Assembly (NCBI GenBank): GCA_045658765.1
Contig: JAZOVP010000099.1
Location: forward strand, 1 to 55,101
From: Eubacteriales bacterium
Lineage (GTDB): Bacteria; Bacillota; Clostridia; Oscillospirales; SIG627
DNA: 55,101 nucleotides
Reading direction: 5' to 3'
Positions 44,312-53,659 of the stretch are shown here, in pieces. A program made the translations under genes and the position numbers. The notes below the pieces were generated by a model. The model saw only the letters and a list, made by a program, of their open reading frames with translations, was not told the DNA's origin and searched no databases. How positions within the stretch are numbered: the first letter of the stretch is position 1; each line of letters opens with the position of its first letter.

Positions 44312-45442
44312 ATGAAAAGCGAAATTCAAACCGAAAAGCGGATTTTCGTTGGCAAAACCGCGGCCACCACTGGCATTGTTTTCAATCTTCTTCTCTCTTT
44401 GGGAAAAATCATCGCAGGCAATCTTTTCGGTGCCGTTTGTGTGGTTGCCGATGGCGTGAATAATCTTGCCGATGCCGCCTCTTCGTGCGCCATGCTCTTT
44501 GGTTTTGTGCTTTCCGAAAAGCCCGCCGATAAAGAGCATCCCTATGGCCACGCCCGCTTTGAGCATCTCTCTTCCCTTGTGGTATCCATTCTTATTTTTG
44601 TGGTGGGTTTTGAATTTTTCAAAACCTCGGTCATCAAAATCTTTCGCCCCGCTGCCATCGAAGCCACGCCCGTTTTGTTTGGCGTTTTGATCGCATCGAT
44701 TTTGGTGAAAAGCGCACTCGCAGTGTATTTTGATGCCCGCGGCAAAAAAATCTCATCGCAAAGTCTTGCCGCCGCTTCCATCGATAGCCGAAACGATGCC
44801 GTGATGACCACCCTCATCCTTGTTTGTGCCGTGGTGGAAAAAATCTGGAATTTCCGTCTTGATGGATTCGCGGGTGCCGCCCTTTCCGTGTTCATTTTCT
44901 GGAGCGGCATCGGAATCGCAGGCAAAACCATTTCGGCCCTTCTCGGAAGGGGAGCCGATCCCGCCTTGAAGGAAAAAATGATTTGCAAAATCAAATCCGC
45001 GCCCGAGGTGATCGGGTGCCATGATCTGATGCTCCATGATTACGGCCCCGGCAAGCATTTTGCCAGTATCCATGTGGAAATGGATAAAAACACCGATCCC
45101 ATGCTCTGCCATGCCCTCATCGATCAAATCGAGCGTGAATGCAAAGAAGAATTCGGGGTGCACCTTGTGATCCATTATGATCCCGTCGAGCTCGACAATC
45201 CCGAAACCGTTCGCTTGAAAAATTTGGTGCAGGCACTGCTTTCCGTGCGCGATGCCCGCCTTCTCATCCACGATTTTCGGCTTGTTTCGGAAGAAGGGGA
45301 GAGCGTTTTATATTTCGATCTCGAATTCCCGAGCGAACTTTTAAATCAAAAAGATACCATCGAATTGAATCTGAAAGAAGCCCTTTTCAAAATCGAAGCC
45401 AAAGAATATCGCCTCAAGATCACGCGCGATCTCGAAAGCTGA
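44312..45442 (+). CDS. Cation diffusion facilitator (CDF) family metal efflux transporter
   Basis: TM domain with an ADGVNNLADAASS-type metal site and HxxxD-like motifs, plus a C-terminal cytoplasmic domain. Start reset from TTG 44300 to ATG 44312, with a GGAGG RBS. Confidence 0.85.
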   Translation: MKSEIQTEKRIFVGKTAATTGIVFNLLLSLGKIIAGNLFGAVCVVADGVNNLADAASSCAMLFGFVLSEKPADKEHPYGHARFEHLSSLVVSILIFVVGFEFFKTSVIKIFRPAAIEATPVLFGVLIASILVKSALAVYFDARGKKISSQSLAAASIDSRNDAVMTTLILVCAVVEKIWNFRLDGFAGAALSVFIFWSGIGIAGKTISALLGRGADPALKEKMICKIKSAPEVIGCHDLMLHDYGPGKHFASIHVEMDKNTDPMLCHALIDQIERECKEEFGVHLVIHYDPVELDNPETVRLKNLVQALLSVRDARLLIHDFRLVSEEGESVLYFDLEFPSELLNQKDTIELNLKEALFKIEAKEYRLKITRDLES

Positions 45443-45447
45443 AAAAA

Positions 45448-45478
45448 GCAGGAGAAATTTTTCTCCTGCTTTTTTAAA
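45448..45478 (+). terminator. Rho-independent terminator
   Basis: AGCAGGAGAA-attt-TTCTCCTGCT followed by TTTTTT. Confidence 0.8.
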
Positions 45479-45535
45479 GTCCTTTTTATCGGACACCACC
45501 TTCGCTAAAATAAAAGCGAAAGGAAGGGATCAAGT

Positions 45536-45937
45536 ATGGATCAAAGACTCATCGAACTCAAAGAACAAGTAAAAAAAGGCAATATCGCTGCGGCACTTTC
45601 TCTTGCCGAGGCATTCAAATGGGGGTATTATGGCGGAGCCGATCCCAAAAGAGCGGCAAGAATGTATCGCATCTGCTGCCGATCGAAAGATAAAAAGATT
45701 GCCTCGCTCGGATATTATAATCTGGGGGTGCTCTATTATTACGATTATCTTTTAGAATCCGAGGAAATCGAAAAAAGCCGCCGCCTCGCCTTTGAATGTT
45801 TTATGAAAAGTGCGCTTCTGGATCATTCCCCCGAATCGCTCTCGCGCCTTGGGGATATGTATCGCTATGGCCAGTATGTGGAAAAAAATGAAGAAGTTGC
45901 CCTTTCGCTTTATGTTAGGGCAAATGCGGGAGCGTGA
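45536..45937 (+). CDS. Small Sel1-repeat (TPR-like) protein
   Basis: Sel1-type repeats (AALSLAEAFKWGYYGGADPKRAARMY, SLSRLGDMYRYGQYVEKNEEVALSLY). Confidence 0.65.
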   Translation: MDQRLIELKEQVKKGNIAAALSLAEAFKWGYYGGADPKRAARMYRICCRSKDKKIASLGYYNLGVLYYYDYLLESEEIEKSRRLAFECFMKSALLDHSPESLSRLGDMYRYGQYVEKNEEVALSLYVRANAGA

Positions 45938-46271
45938 TTTTCTCTAAAAACAAATCAAGATTTGCTTTCGGATGAAAAATATAATCTTCTCGGTCAAGCA
46001 TCGGCAAAAAATCAAAGAGCAAAGAGGGAGTTTTGATCACTTCCTCTTTTTCTTTTTTCTTGAGTGTTTTAAAGCGAAATTCAAGCTTTGATGCCGTGGA
46101 GCGATTCTCGGAAGACCAAAGCGCCTCCAGTGCCACCACTCTGCGGCAACGCGTGAATTTTGCGCTTTTCTTGCCTTGCAAAACATGCTCCTGCATCCTG
46201 CGAAACATATTGTTTGCAATCCCCGTGTAAAGATCGCCCTTTTCGGTGCGAACGATATAAGTGTAATACAT
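45915..46271 (-). CDS. GIY-YIG nuclease family protein (UPF0213/YhbQ-like)
   Basis: MYYTYIVRTEKGDLYTGIANNMFRRMQEH. Start reset to ATG 46271, with a GGAGA RBS. Confidence 0.7.
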   Translation of the reverse strand: MYYTYIVRTEKGDLYTGIANNMFRRMQEHVLQGKKSAKFTRCRRVVALEALWSSENRSTASKLEFRFKTLKKKEKEEVIKTPSLLFDFLPMLDREDYIFHPKANLDLFLEKITLPHLP

Positions 46272-46395
46272 AGAATCTCCTTTTTTCCATTCTATCATAA
46301 ATTCCGTCTGGCCACAAGAAAAAATGCGATTCTGGTATTTGACCGCAAAGAAATCTTTTGCTAAACTTTTCGTAGTAATTGAAAGGGATAAAAAA

Positions 46396-47229
46396 ATGAA
46401 ACGAATTGTAACTGTTCAAGATATTTCCGCTGTGGGCAAGTGTTCGCTCACCGTAGCACTCCCCATCATTTCCGCTTGCGGAGTGGAATGTGCCGTTATG
46501 CCCACCGCCGTTCTTTCCACCCACACTCAGTTTTCCGGCTTCACCTTCCATGATCTCACGGGCGAAATGCGCCCCGTTGCCGAGCATTGGAAAAAAGAAG
46601 GCATTGATTTTGATGCCATCTATACGGGGTATCTCGGCTCCGAGGAGCAAATTCAGATTGTTTCCGAAATGTTCGATTCCTTCGGCGGCAAAAATTGCGC
46701 GATCATCGTGGATCCCGCCATGGCAGATAATGGCAAGCTCTATTATGGCTTCACTCCCGAATTTGCGCTCAAAATGGCATCCCTTTGCGGCAAAGCCGAT
46801 CTGATCCTGCCGAATCTCACCGAAGCGTGCTTTATGCTCGAAAAGCCGTATCCCGAATCCTATGATCGGGAATATATACGCTCCCTTTTAAAAGAACTCT
46901 GCGCGCTCGGCGCCAAAAAAGCCGCGCTCACAGGGGTTTCTTATGAAGATGGCAAAATCGGTTTTGAAATGCTCGATTCCGAAACCGGCGAATTTTCTTC
47001 CTATTTCGGTCCCCGCCTTCCCGTGGCCTTCCACGGCACGGGCGATATTTTCGCCTCCACCGCCGTGGGTGCTTATTCCCGCGGAAAAAGCGTTCACGAG
47101 GCGCTCGAAATCGCAGTGGATTATACCTATGAATGTATCCGCCTCACCATGGAAGATCCCAACCACCGCACCTACGGAGTGAATTTCGAAGAAGCCATTC
47201 CGTATCTGGTTTCCCGCTTCCATAAGTAA
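46396..47229 (+). CDS. pdxK: Pyridoxal/pyridoxamine kinase
   Basis: Ribokinase-fold PdxK-like (VQDISAVGKCSL, GTGDIFAS). Start reset to ATG 46396. Confidence 0.8.
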   Translation: MKRIVTVQDISAVGKCSLTVALPIISACGVECAVMPTAVLSTHTQFSGFTFHDLTGEMRPVAEHWKKEGIDFDAIYTGYLGSEEQIQIVSEMFDSFGGKNCAIIVDPAMADNGKLYYGFTPEFALKMASLCGKADLILPNLTEACFMLEKPYPESYDREYIRSLLKELCALGAKKAALTGVSYEDGKIGFEMLDSETGEFSSYFGPRLPVAFHGTGDIFASTAVGAYSRGKSVHEALEIAVDYTYECIRLTMEDPNHRTYGVNFEEAIPYLVSRFHK

Positions 47230-47240
47230 AAAGAAAATAA

Positions 47241-47279
47241 AACAACACCCTCGGCAATCATCGAGGGTGTTGTTTTTCT
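47241..47279. terminator. Bidirectional rho-independent terminator
   Basis: AACAACACCCTCG-gcaatca-CGAGGGTGTTGTT followed by TTTTC. Confidence 0.8.
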
Positions 47280-48121
47280 TATTTCTGATTGGGGGTATAA
47301 TAAAGCGTTTTTCCCGCCTCCACAGATCGGGTAAGCCAAACCGAAGCGCCGATCACGCATCCGTCGCCCACAAACGTATCTCCTCCCAAAATGGTGGCGT
47401 TGGCATAAATAATCACGTGGTTTCCAATGTTGGGATGGCGCTTTAAATCCTTAATCGGATTTCCGTTTTCATCGAGCTCAAAGCTCTTTGCACCAAGCGT
47501 TACGCCCTGATAGAGCTTCACATGGTCTCCGATCACGCAAGTCTCACCCACAACAATACCCGTGCCGTGGTCAATAAAGAAGTATTCGCCGATTTTGGCA
47601 CCCGCATGAATATCCACTCCCGTTTTTTCGTGTGCATATTCGGTCATAATGCGGGGCAGAAGGGGAGTTTTGAGTTCATATAATTCGTGAGCCAAGCGAT
47701 AAATGGAAATGGCATAAAATCCGGGATAGCAAAGCAAAACCTCTTCGTGGCTCTTTGCAGCGGGGTCGCCCTCATAAAGCGCTTCAATATCCTTAAAAAG
47801 CAGTTCCTTGATTTTCGGCAGGCGAGAAAGAAAAGCATCCGCCACTTCTTCCGCGTTTTGATCCGTGCCTCGGAAAATAAAGGCCTTTTCCAAAAGCGTA
47901 ATCAATTCGTTGCGAATCTTTCTTAAAAGAGAAAGCCCAAAAAGCCCCTCTTGGGTCACGCTTCTGCTTTTAAAATAACCGGGGAATAAAAGGGATTGCA
48001 AATCCTTAATCAGATCCACCACCTCTTTGCGGTTCGGAAGCGCTTTCTCGGGGGTGCTTTTTCTGATCTTGCCCTCGTTTTCCATTCGATCAAGTTCTTT
48101 TTGTATCTGATTGAGTAACAT
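47279..48121 (-). CDS. cysE: Serine O-acetyltransferase
   Basis: Hexapeptide repeats with the DIHAGAKIGEYFFIDHGTGIVVGET motif. Start reset from TTG 48133 to ATG 48121, with a GGAGA RBS. Confidence 0.85.
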   Translation of the reverse strand: MLLNQIQKELDRMENEGKIRKSTPEKALPNRKEVVDLIKDLQSLLFPGYFKSRSVTQEGLFGLSLLRKIRNELITLLEKAFIFRGTDQNAEEVADAFLSRLPKIKELLFKDIEALYEGDPAAKSHEEVLLCYPGFYAISIYRLAHELYELKTPLLPRIMTEYAHEKTGVDIHAGAKIGEYFFIDHGTGIVVGETCVIGDHVKLYQGVTLGAKSFELDENGNPIKDLKRHPNIGNHVIIYANATILGGDTFVGDGCVIGASVWLTRSVEAGKTLYYTPNQK

Positions 48122-48145
48122 CGATTTCTCCAAAAACTTTTTTTC

Positions 48146-48175
48146 GATTATACAATGATTTCCCCCGCTTTGTCA
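48146..48175 (-). promoter_or_regulatory. Sigma-A type promoter of cysE
   Basis: On the minus strand: TTGACA, 18 nt, TATAAT. Confidence 0.55.
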
Positions 48176-48182
48176 ACGCCGC

Positions 48183-48209
48183 AAAAAACCACGGTGATTT
48201 TCACCGAGG
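48183..48209 (-). terminator. Rho-independent terminator after spo0A
   Basis: On the minus strand: CCTCGGTG-aaaat-CACCGTGG (one mismatch) followed by TTTTTT. Confidence 0.55.
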
Positions 48210-48218
48210 TTTTTCTTT

Positions 48219-48980
48219 TTATCCCGCAAGGGAGCGCATCTTCAATCGAAGGTTATCCGCAATCATCGCAATAAATTCGGAATTGGTTGGTTTGCCTTTG
48301 TTATTTTGGATTGTGTATCCAAAAAAGGAACCAAGCACATCCACATCGCCCCGATCCCAAGCCACTTCAATCGCGTGGCGAATGGCGCGCTCCACCCGAG
48401 AGGAGGTGGTATTAAATTCTTTTGCCACCGAAGGATAAAGCGTTTTGGTTACTTCGCTGATGATGCGGTTGTCGCGCACCACCATCATAATCGCAAAGCG
48501 AAGATATTGATAGCCCTTAATGTGCGCGGGAATTCCCACTTGGTGGATAATCCGCGTAACCTGTGCCTCCAGATCAAAATCATCTTCAATGCGAAATCTC
48601 TCTTCACTTGCCACCTGATGAATCTTATCGGCAAGCACTTCATAGTCAAAGGGCTTTAAAATACAAGCCGAAATCCCTCCCGCAAAGGCATCTTCCAGCA
48701 CCTTGCGATTGTTGATTCCCGTAACCAAAATAAATTTCGGCGCCTTTGCCTTCAGCGTGCGCTTCACCTCGCGAATCAAACTTCCCAAATCATATCCGGG
48801 AAACCAAAGATCGAGCAGCACCACATCCGGCAAAAGATTTTTGATCGCAAGCAGTGCCTCTCCGCCGTCGCCGCTGTCGCCCACCACCGCAAAGCCCATG
48901 TTCATAAGCGTTTCCTTGCAAACAAAGCGAAAATCATTTCCCGAATCAATGATATAAACCTTTTCTTTCATCTCTTTCAT
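48219..48980 (-). CDS. spo0A: Sporulation master regulator Spo0A
   Basis: The C-terminal Spo0A-specific DNA-binding domain is present ([48 protein letters not shown]), with an N-terminal receiver domain. Start reset from GTG 48989 to ATG 48980. Confidence 0.9.
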   Translation of the reverse strand: MKEMKEKVYIIDSGNDFRFVCKETLMNMGFAVVGDSGDGGEALLAIKNLLPDVVLLDLWFPGYDLGSLIREVKRTLKAKAPKFILVTGINNRKVLEDAFAGGISACILKPFDYEVLADKIHQVASEERFRIEDDFDLEAQVTRIIHQVGIPAHIKGYQYLRFAIMMVVRDNRIISEVTKTLYPSVAKEFNTTSSRVERAIRHAIEVAWDRGDVDVLGSFFGYTIQNNKGKPTNSEFIAMIADNLRLKMRSLAG

Positions 48981-49031
48981 AATAAGCACCTTTCTTGTCT
49001 TTCGTTTTGTGTTTTTGTAGATTGCTTCTAA

Positions 49032-49060
49032 ATATTACCAAAAAATGGTAAAAATTGCAA
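49032..49060 (-). promoter_or_regulatory. Candidate sigma-A type promoter of spo0A
   Basis: On the minus strand: TTGCAA, 17 nt, TAATAT with a TGn extension. Confidence 0.45.
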
Positions 49061-49161
49061 TAGCAAAAAGCAATAAATTACCAATTTTTGCCAATTTTGT
49101 ATGTTTGACCAAAAATCCCCGCGAAAAAGAGGAAGAGTCCACAAATTCGAGAGGGATTTTT

Positions 49162-49168
49162 TGTCGAA
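49162..49168 (+). promoter_or_regulatory. Consensus Spo0A box (TGTCGAA) upstream of spo0A
   Basis: Exact match to the TGTCGAA consensus. One-mismatch variants lie near 49146 (TTCGAGA) and 49264 (AGTCGAA). Confidence 0.4.
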
Positions 49169-49284
49169 GAAAAGCGAAATTTAGCGAAAAATCCCTTTTT
49201 CTTTTCGTTTTTCTTCCAAAAATCTCCTTGTATTTTTATTTTAAAGCTTCCTTTTTGCAAAGAAAGTCGAACCCGCTTCTCGAA

Positions 49285-49320
49285 AAAAGAAAAAAGACCG
49301 TGAATTTCACGGTCTTTTGT
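49285..49320 (-). terminator. Rho-independent terminator after polA
   Basis: On the minus strand: AAGACCGTGA-aat-TCACGGTCTT followed by TTTTCTTTTTT. Confidence 0.75.
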
Positions 49321-49351
49321 TGAAAATGAGTGCTATTTTGTTGTTTTTGTT

Positions 49352-51910
49352 TTATTTGGTATCAAACCAAGAGTGGCCGCTTTTTGATTCGGCAACCAAA
49401 GGCACAGAGTAATTCACGGTGCCCTCCATCTCTTCCGATAAAAGTTTTGCCGCATATTCGGCTTCTTCCTTCGGGCATTCCAGAATCAGTTCGTCGTGCA
49501 CTTGCAAAATCAGTGCGCTTTTCAGGTTTTCTTTTTCCAGTCGTGCATCCACCCGCACCATCGCAAGCTTAATAATATCGGCGGCAGTGCCCTGAATGGG
49601 TGCATTCATCGCCACTCTTTCGCCAAAGGCAATCAAGTTCTTTTTCGGTGCCTTGAGTTCCGGAATCCTTCTTTGTCTGCCGAAAAGGGTGGAAACAAAG
49701 CCGTCGCGGTGCGCCTGGACTTTCACATCCTCCAAATATTCTTTCACCTTCGGAAAGAGGGCAAAATATTTTTCAATGTATTCCTTGGCCACTCGCATCG
49801 GCACCCCAAGATCTTGGCTCAGGGAGTATTCTCCGATTCCGTAAACAATTCCAAAGTTCACCGCCTTCGCGCTCTTTCTCATCTCGGGTGTTACCATCTC
49901 CTGAGGCACATGGAAAATCTCCGAGGCGGTTTTGGTGTGAATGTCCTTCCCGTCAAGAAAATATCCGATCAGGGTTTCATCTCCTGCGATGTGTGCAAGC
50001 AGGCGAAGCTCGATTTGCGAATAGTCGGCATCCACCAAAATATGGTTTTCATCTTTTGCAATAAAGAATTTGCGCATTTCTCTTCCCAGTTCGGTTCTCA
50101 CGGGAATGTTTTGCAAATTCGGCTCCGCAGAGGAAAGGCGTCCCGTTGCGGTGAGCATCTGATTGAAAACGGTGTGAATTCTGCCGTCGGGCGCAATCTG
50201 CCCAAGCATCCCCTCAACATAAGTGCTGTGGAGCTTGGTAAAGGTGCGATAGTTTAAAACCAGATCCACAATCGGGGAAAGATGGCGAATCTTCGAAAGC
50301 GTTTCCGCATCGGTGGCATAGCCCGTTTTCGTTTTTTTGCCCGCAGGCAAAGAGAGCTTTTCAAATAAAATCTTTCCGAGCTGTTTGGGAGAGGAAATCA
50401 AAAATTCTTCGCCCGCCAAATTGAAAATTTCTTCTTTGATTTTTTCTGCCCCGTCTTTTAAAAATGCGCCGTAAGTTTCGATTCCTTCGCGGCTCACTTC
50501 AAAGCCCCGCAGTTCCATCTTCGCAAGCACATAAGCAAGCGGAAGTTCAATCTCTTCAAAAAGCGCTTTCACCGAGCTTTGATCGATCGCTTCTTTCAAA
50601 ACGGGATAAAGCTTTGCCATCAAAGAAAGCTTTGCCGCAGGGTTCTGATCCAAATCAAAAGGTGCGGTCTCTTTTAAATATAAAAGTGCAAGCCGCGATA
50701 AAGTCATCGCGGAATCCTGCGAGTTGAGCACGTATGCGGCAAGGAATAAATCAAATTCCGCCCCAACCCCCAAAATCGTGCCAAACGAGTCGGCAAAGCG
50801 GTGCAAATACGCCTTGTAGTCGCAAACCACGGGTCTGTTCTTTCTCAAAAACGCTTCAATATTTCCCGTTAAGCGATAGGGAATTCCTTCCGATAGCGCA
50901 TAAAAGGCCTCGCTGTCGAAGGTTAAAAATAAAGGGCTTTCCGAAATCTTGTCGGCATCGATCGTATCGATCGGCTTGCCTTCTTCGGCGGGCAGATCAA
51001 AAATCGAGCCCTGCATCGGTTCGGAAGATAAAATTGGTTCCGCCTTTGCCTCTTCCAGCCCAAATCCCTTCAGCATTTTTTCAAATTCCAATTCCAAAAG
51101 CAAAGGGCGCAGCTTTTCGGGCAAAAATCCCTCGTAGCCGAAGGGCTCAATGGAATCAAGCTCGGGAATCTCGCGGCAAATGCGCGCAAGGTATAAGCTT
51201 TTATAGGCATCCTCTTTTCCGGCGGCAAGTTTTTCTTTCGCGCTCGGCCCGATCGGAAGGGTTGCAAGATCCGCATAAACCCCGTCAAGATTTTCCCGTT
51301 CCGAAATCAGCTTCAGCGCGGTTTTTTCGCCGATCCCCCTCACCCCGGGAATGTTGTCGGAAGTATCCCCCGCAAGGGATTTCACATCAATCATCTGCTC
51401 GGGGCGCAGTCCAAATCTCTCGCGAATCACCTCGGGCGTGATCTTATCATCTTTGCCCGTTCCCGCAAGGAAAAGGGTGGTGTGTTCGCTCACAAGCTGA
51501 AAGGAATCGCGATCCCCCGTAACAATCACGGCGCGGTTTCCGCTTTTCTCCGCAATCAGCGATAAAGTGCCCAAAATATCGTCGGCCTCAAAGCCCTCTT
51601 TTTCCACAATGTGAATCCCAAGTGCCTCGGTCGCGCGCTTCAGATATGGCATCTGCGCCGCAAGGTCCTCGGGCATCGGTTTTCTTGTGGCCTTGTAATT
51701 CTCATCGAATTTATGGCGAAAAGTGGGCGCGTGCATATCGAATGCCGCCACCGCAAAATCGGGCTTTATCGCATCCAAATGCTTTTTTAAAATATTGATA
51801 TAGCCGAAAATGGCATTCGTGGGAAGTCCGCTTTTTGTGCTGAGCGGGCGAATCCCGTAAAATGCACGGTTGAAAAGACTGTTTGCATCGAGTACCAGTA
51901 TCGTTTTCAT
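49352..51910 (-). CDS. polA: DNA polymerase I
   Basis: 5'-3' exonuclease N-terminus and a family A polymerase C-terminus (RRxAKAVNFGIVYG, QVHDELILE); 852 aa. Confidence 0.95.
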   Translation of the reverse strand: MKTILVLDANSLFNRAFYGIRPLSTKSGLPTNAIFGYINILKKHLDAIKPDFAVAAFDMHAPTFRHKFDENYKATRKPMPEDLAAQMPYLKRATEALGIHIVEKEGFEADDILGTLSLIAEKSGNRAVIVTGDRDSFQLVSEHTTLFLAGTGKDDKITPEVIRERFGLRPEQMIDVKSLAGDTSDNIPGVRGIGEKTALKLISERENLDGVYADLATLPIGPSAKEKLAAGKEDAYKSLYLARICREIPELDSIEPFGYEGFLPEKLRPLLLELEFEKMLKGFGLEEAKAEPILSSEPMQGSIFDLPAEEGKPIDTIDADKISESPLFLTFDSEAFYALSEGIPYRLTGNIEAFLRKNRPVVCDYKAYLHRFADSFGTILGVGAEFDLFLAAYVLNSQDSAMTLSRLALLYLKETAPFDLDQNPAAKLSLMAKLYPVLKEAIDQSSVKALFEEIELPLAYVLAKMELRGFEVSREGIETYGAFLKDGAEKIKEEIFNLAGEEFLISSPKQLGKILFEKLSLPAGKKTKTGYATDAETLSKIRHLSPIVDLVLNYRTFTKLHSTYVEGMLGQIAPDGRIHTVFNQMLTATGRLSSAEPNLQNIPVRTELGREMRKFFIAKDENHILVDADYSQIELRLLAHIAGDETLIGYFLDGKDIHTKTASEIFHVPQEMVTPEMRKSAKAVNFGIVYGIGEYSLSQDLGVPMRVAKEYIEKYFALFPKVKEYLEDVKVQAHRDGFVSTLFGRQRRIPELKAPKKNLIAFGERVAMNAPIQGTAADIIKLAMVRVDARLEKENLKSALILQVHDELILECPKEEAEYAAKLLSEEMEGTVNYSVPLVAESKSGHSWFDTK

Positions 51911-51921
51911 AAAAATCCTCT

Positions 51922-53550
51922 TTATTTGATCCCCACACTGTGGGCTTTATCCCAATTCGGGTAGCGGATCGCTTTTTTCTCAAATTCGCCTTCGCCCCCG
52001 CGCAAATCAAGCGCGGTCTCGGCAAGTTCGGGAATCTCTTCTCCCGTTTCGAGCCAATTTTCAAAGCGTTCTCGGCAGGATTTTAAGCGAAGAAGCAGTC
52101 CTCCGAGTCGCCCTTCCTGAATTTCAAATCCAAAGGGCTTGTTTTCCTTCATCCAAAGCGTTCTGAATGCAAAAATAAATTCTTCCAAAGATGCGATTGC
52201 CCTATCAAATTCCAAGAGCAGAAGTTTGCCTTCGTCTTTCTTGTTTTCTTGATAAGCGCATCTCAATCTCATTCCGAGCTCCGCCTTGTGGGAAAGGGTT
52301 TTCGCAAGAAGCGAAAGCGCGCGGAAAATATATCCAAAAGTTTCGTTTTCGATCTGCCCGCCAAGCTTTTCGGCAAGCGCGGCATAATATTCGCCCTCGC
52401 CGCCCGCAAGCGTGGAATCGCAAACTCCAAGAAAAGGGTCGTTGTAAAGCAAATATTTTTCAGGATTAAAAACTGCCTCTTTTGCGATCTCATCTGCCAC
52501 TTCCTTGTGCTCGTGCATATCAAGAAGCGTGAATTCATCGAAGGGAATCTTGTATTTTTTCTCAAATTCTTTTTTGATTTTGCCTAAGTCCTCGATTCCT
52601 TCTGCAAATTTTGCCGTGGCAAAAAGGGAAGGGAACACCGAAAATCGAGAGCATTCGCCGCCGTTGTCGCCCCAAAGCGTAAAGATGATATTTTCCACCT
52701 TCTCCTCTCGGCATGCGCGAATCGCGGCAAGGTTTGCGCGCACGGAAAAGCGATTATCGGGCGCAAAGCCCTTCCAAGTCCAAATCCCGCCCGCAAACCA
52801 AATCTCGCGGCCAATTTCTTGGTGGTAATGCAGCATCTTCTGATAGCGCTTTTGATTTGTGGTGTAATAATCCCAATAAGTCAACGCCACTTCCTTGGGA
52901 ATGCGGCATTCCTCTTCGCCGGGCACCACAAGATCTTCTGCTTGATAGTATTGCCCGTTGTTTTTCAAACGGAAAAACATATCGCTCCACATCACGGGCT
53001 TAAAATCGCGCTTTTTTGCCATTTCGCAAACTTTTTCCAAATGGCGCGAAAAAATTTCGAATCGGTTTTCAAATCCGTTCTGATCGAGGTATTTTCCAAG
53101 CCCGAGCATGTGCGCCTCGTCCATTCCGATGTGAATCGTTTTCGAAGAAAAGCATTCTTCCACCGTGTCAAACATCTTTTCAATCAGCGCGTAGCTATCT
53201 TTGTTTCCCGCAAGCAAAATGTTTGCCGTATCGCAAATTTTAGAATATTTCGGCCAGCGGAAAATGGCATCCAAATGCGCCAAGGTTTGAATACAGGGAA
53301 TCAGTTCGATTCCAAGAGAAGCGCAAAAAGCATCGTATTCCTTTAGTTCCTCTTTGGAGTATCTCCCGCGAAAATGCCCGAAATACGGTTCGCCCTCGAT
53401 TTCATAGGTGTCTTCCGTATAAAGCATAATGCAGTTGTAGCCCATCTCGGCAAGCTCTTTTGTGTAAAGCTTCAAAGCAGAAAGATTCATCACCGCGTTG
53501 CGGCTCATATCAATCATCACTCCGAGGCGGCGAAAATCCACCGTTTTCAT
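51922..53550 (-). CDS. GH20 beta-N-acetylhexosaminidase
   Basis: MIDMSRN, IQTLAHL and IHIGMDEAH (catalytic D-E pair). Start reset to ATG 53550, with an AGGAGAAG RBS. Confidence 0.75.
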   Translation of the reverse strand: MKTVDFRRLGVMIDMSRNAVMNLSALKLYTKELAEMGYNCIMLYTEDTYEIEGEPYFGHFRGRYSKEELKEYDAFCASLGIELIPCIQTLAHLDAIFRWPKYSKICDTANILLAGNKDSYALIEKMFDTVEECFSSKTIHIGMDEAHMLGLGKYLDQNGFENRFEIFSRHLEKVCEMAKKRDFKPVMWSDMFFRLKNNGQYYQAEDLVVPGEEECRIPKEVALTYWDYYTTNQKRYQKMLHYHQEIGREIWFAGGIWTWKGFAPDNRFSVRANLAAIRACREEKVENIIFTLWGDNGGECSRFSVFPSLFATAKFAEGIEDLGKIKKEFEKKYKIPFDEFTLLDMHEHKEVADEIAKEAVFNPEKYLLYNDPFLGVCDSTLAGGEGEYYAALAEKLGGQIENETFGYIFRALSLLAKTLSHKAELGMRLRCAYQENKKDEGKLLLLEFDRAIASLEEFIFAFRTLWMKENKPFGFEIQEGRLGGLLLRLKSCRERFENWLETGEEIPELAETALDLRGGEGEFEKKAIRYPNWDKAHSVGIK

Positions 53551-53590
53551 AAAAGCTTCTCCTGTAAAGAATTCTTTCCTTATCATATCT

Positions 53591-53619
53591 ATTATATCGA
53601 ATTTCCTTTCGAAAATCAA
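53591..53619 (-). promoter_or_regulatory. Sigma-A type promoter of the GH20-polA unit
   Basis: On the minus strand: TTGATT, 17 nt, TATAAT. Confidence 0.5.
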
Positions 53620-53624
53620 TATCA

Positions 53625-53656
53625 AAAGAGAAAAGGGAAGCCAAAGCTTCCCTTTC
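53625..53656 (-). terminator. Rho-independent terminator after ychF
   Basis: AAGGGAAGC-caaa-GCTTCCCTT, with a T-rich tract on the minus strand. Confidence 0.65.
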
Positions 53657-53659
53657 TGA

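Noticed and set aside
44153-44566. 137-aa minus-strand ORF over the CDF leader and 5' end
   Set aside because: It is antisense to a well-supported CDF transporter gene and promoter, and it has no RBS or family similarity.
45915-46271. GIY-YIG nuclease as a homing endonuclease or mobile element
   Set aside because: The 118-aa protein resembles the stand-alone UPF0213/YhbQ-type GIY-YIG family. There is no associated intron, intein or DNA-binding extension.
49045-49323. 92-aa ORF in the spo0A-polA intergenic region
   Set aside because: It has no RBS and a low-complexity translation, and it overlaps the promoter, 0A-box and terminator elements.
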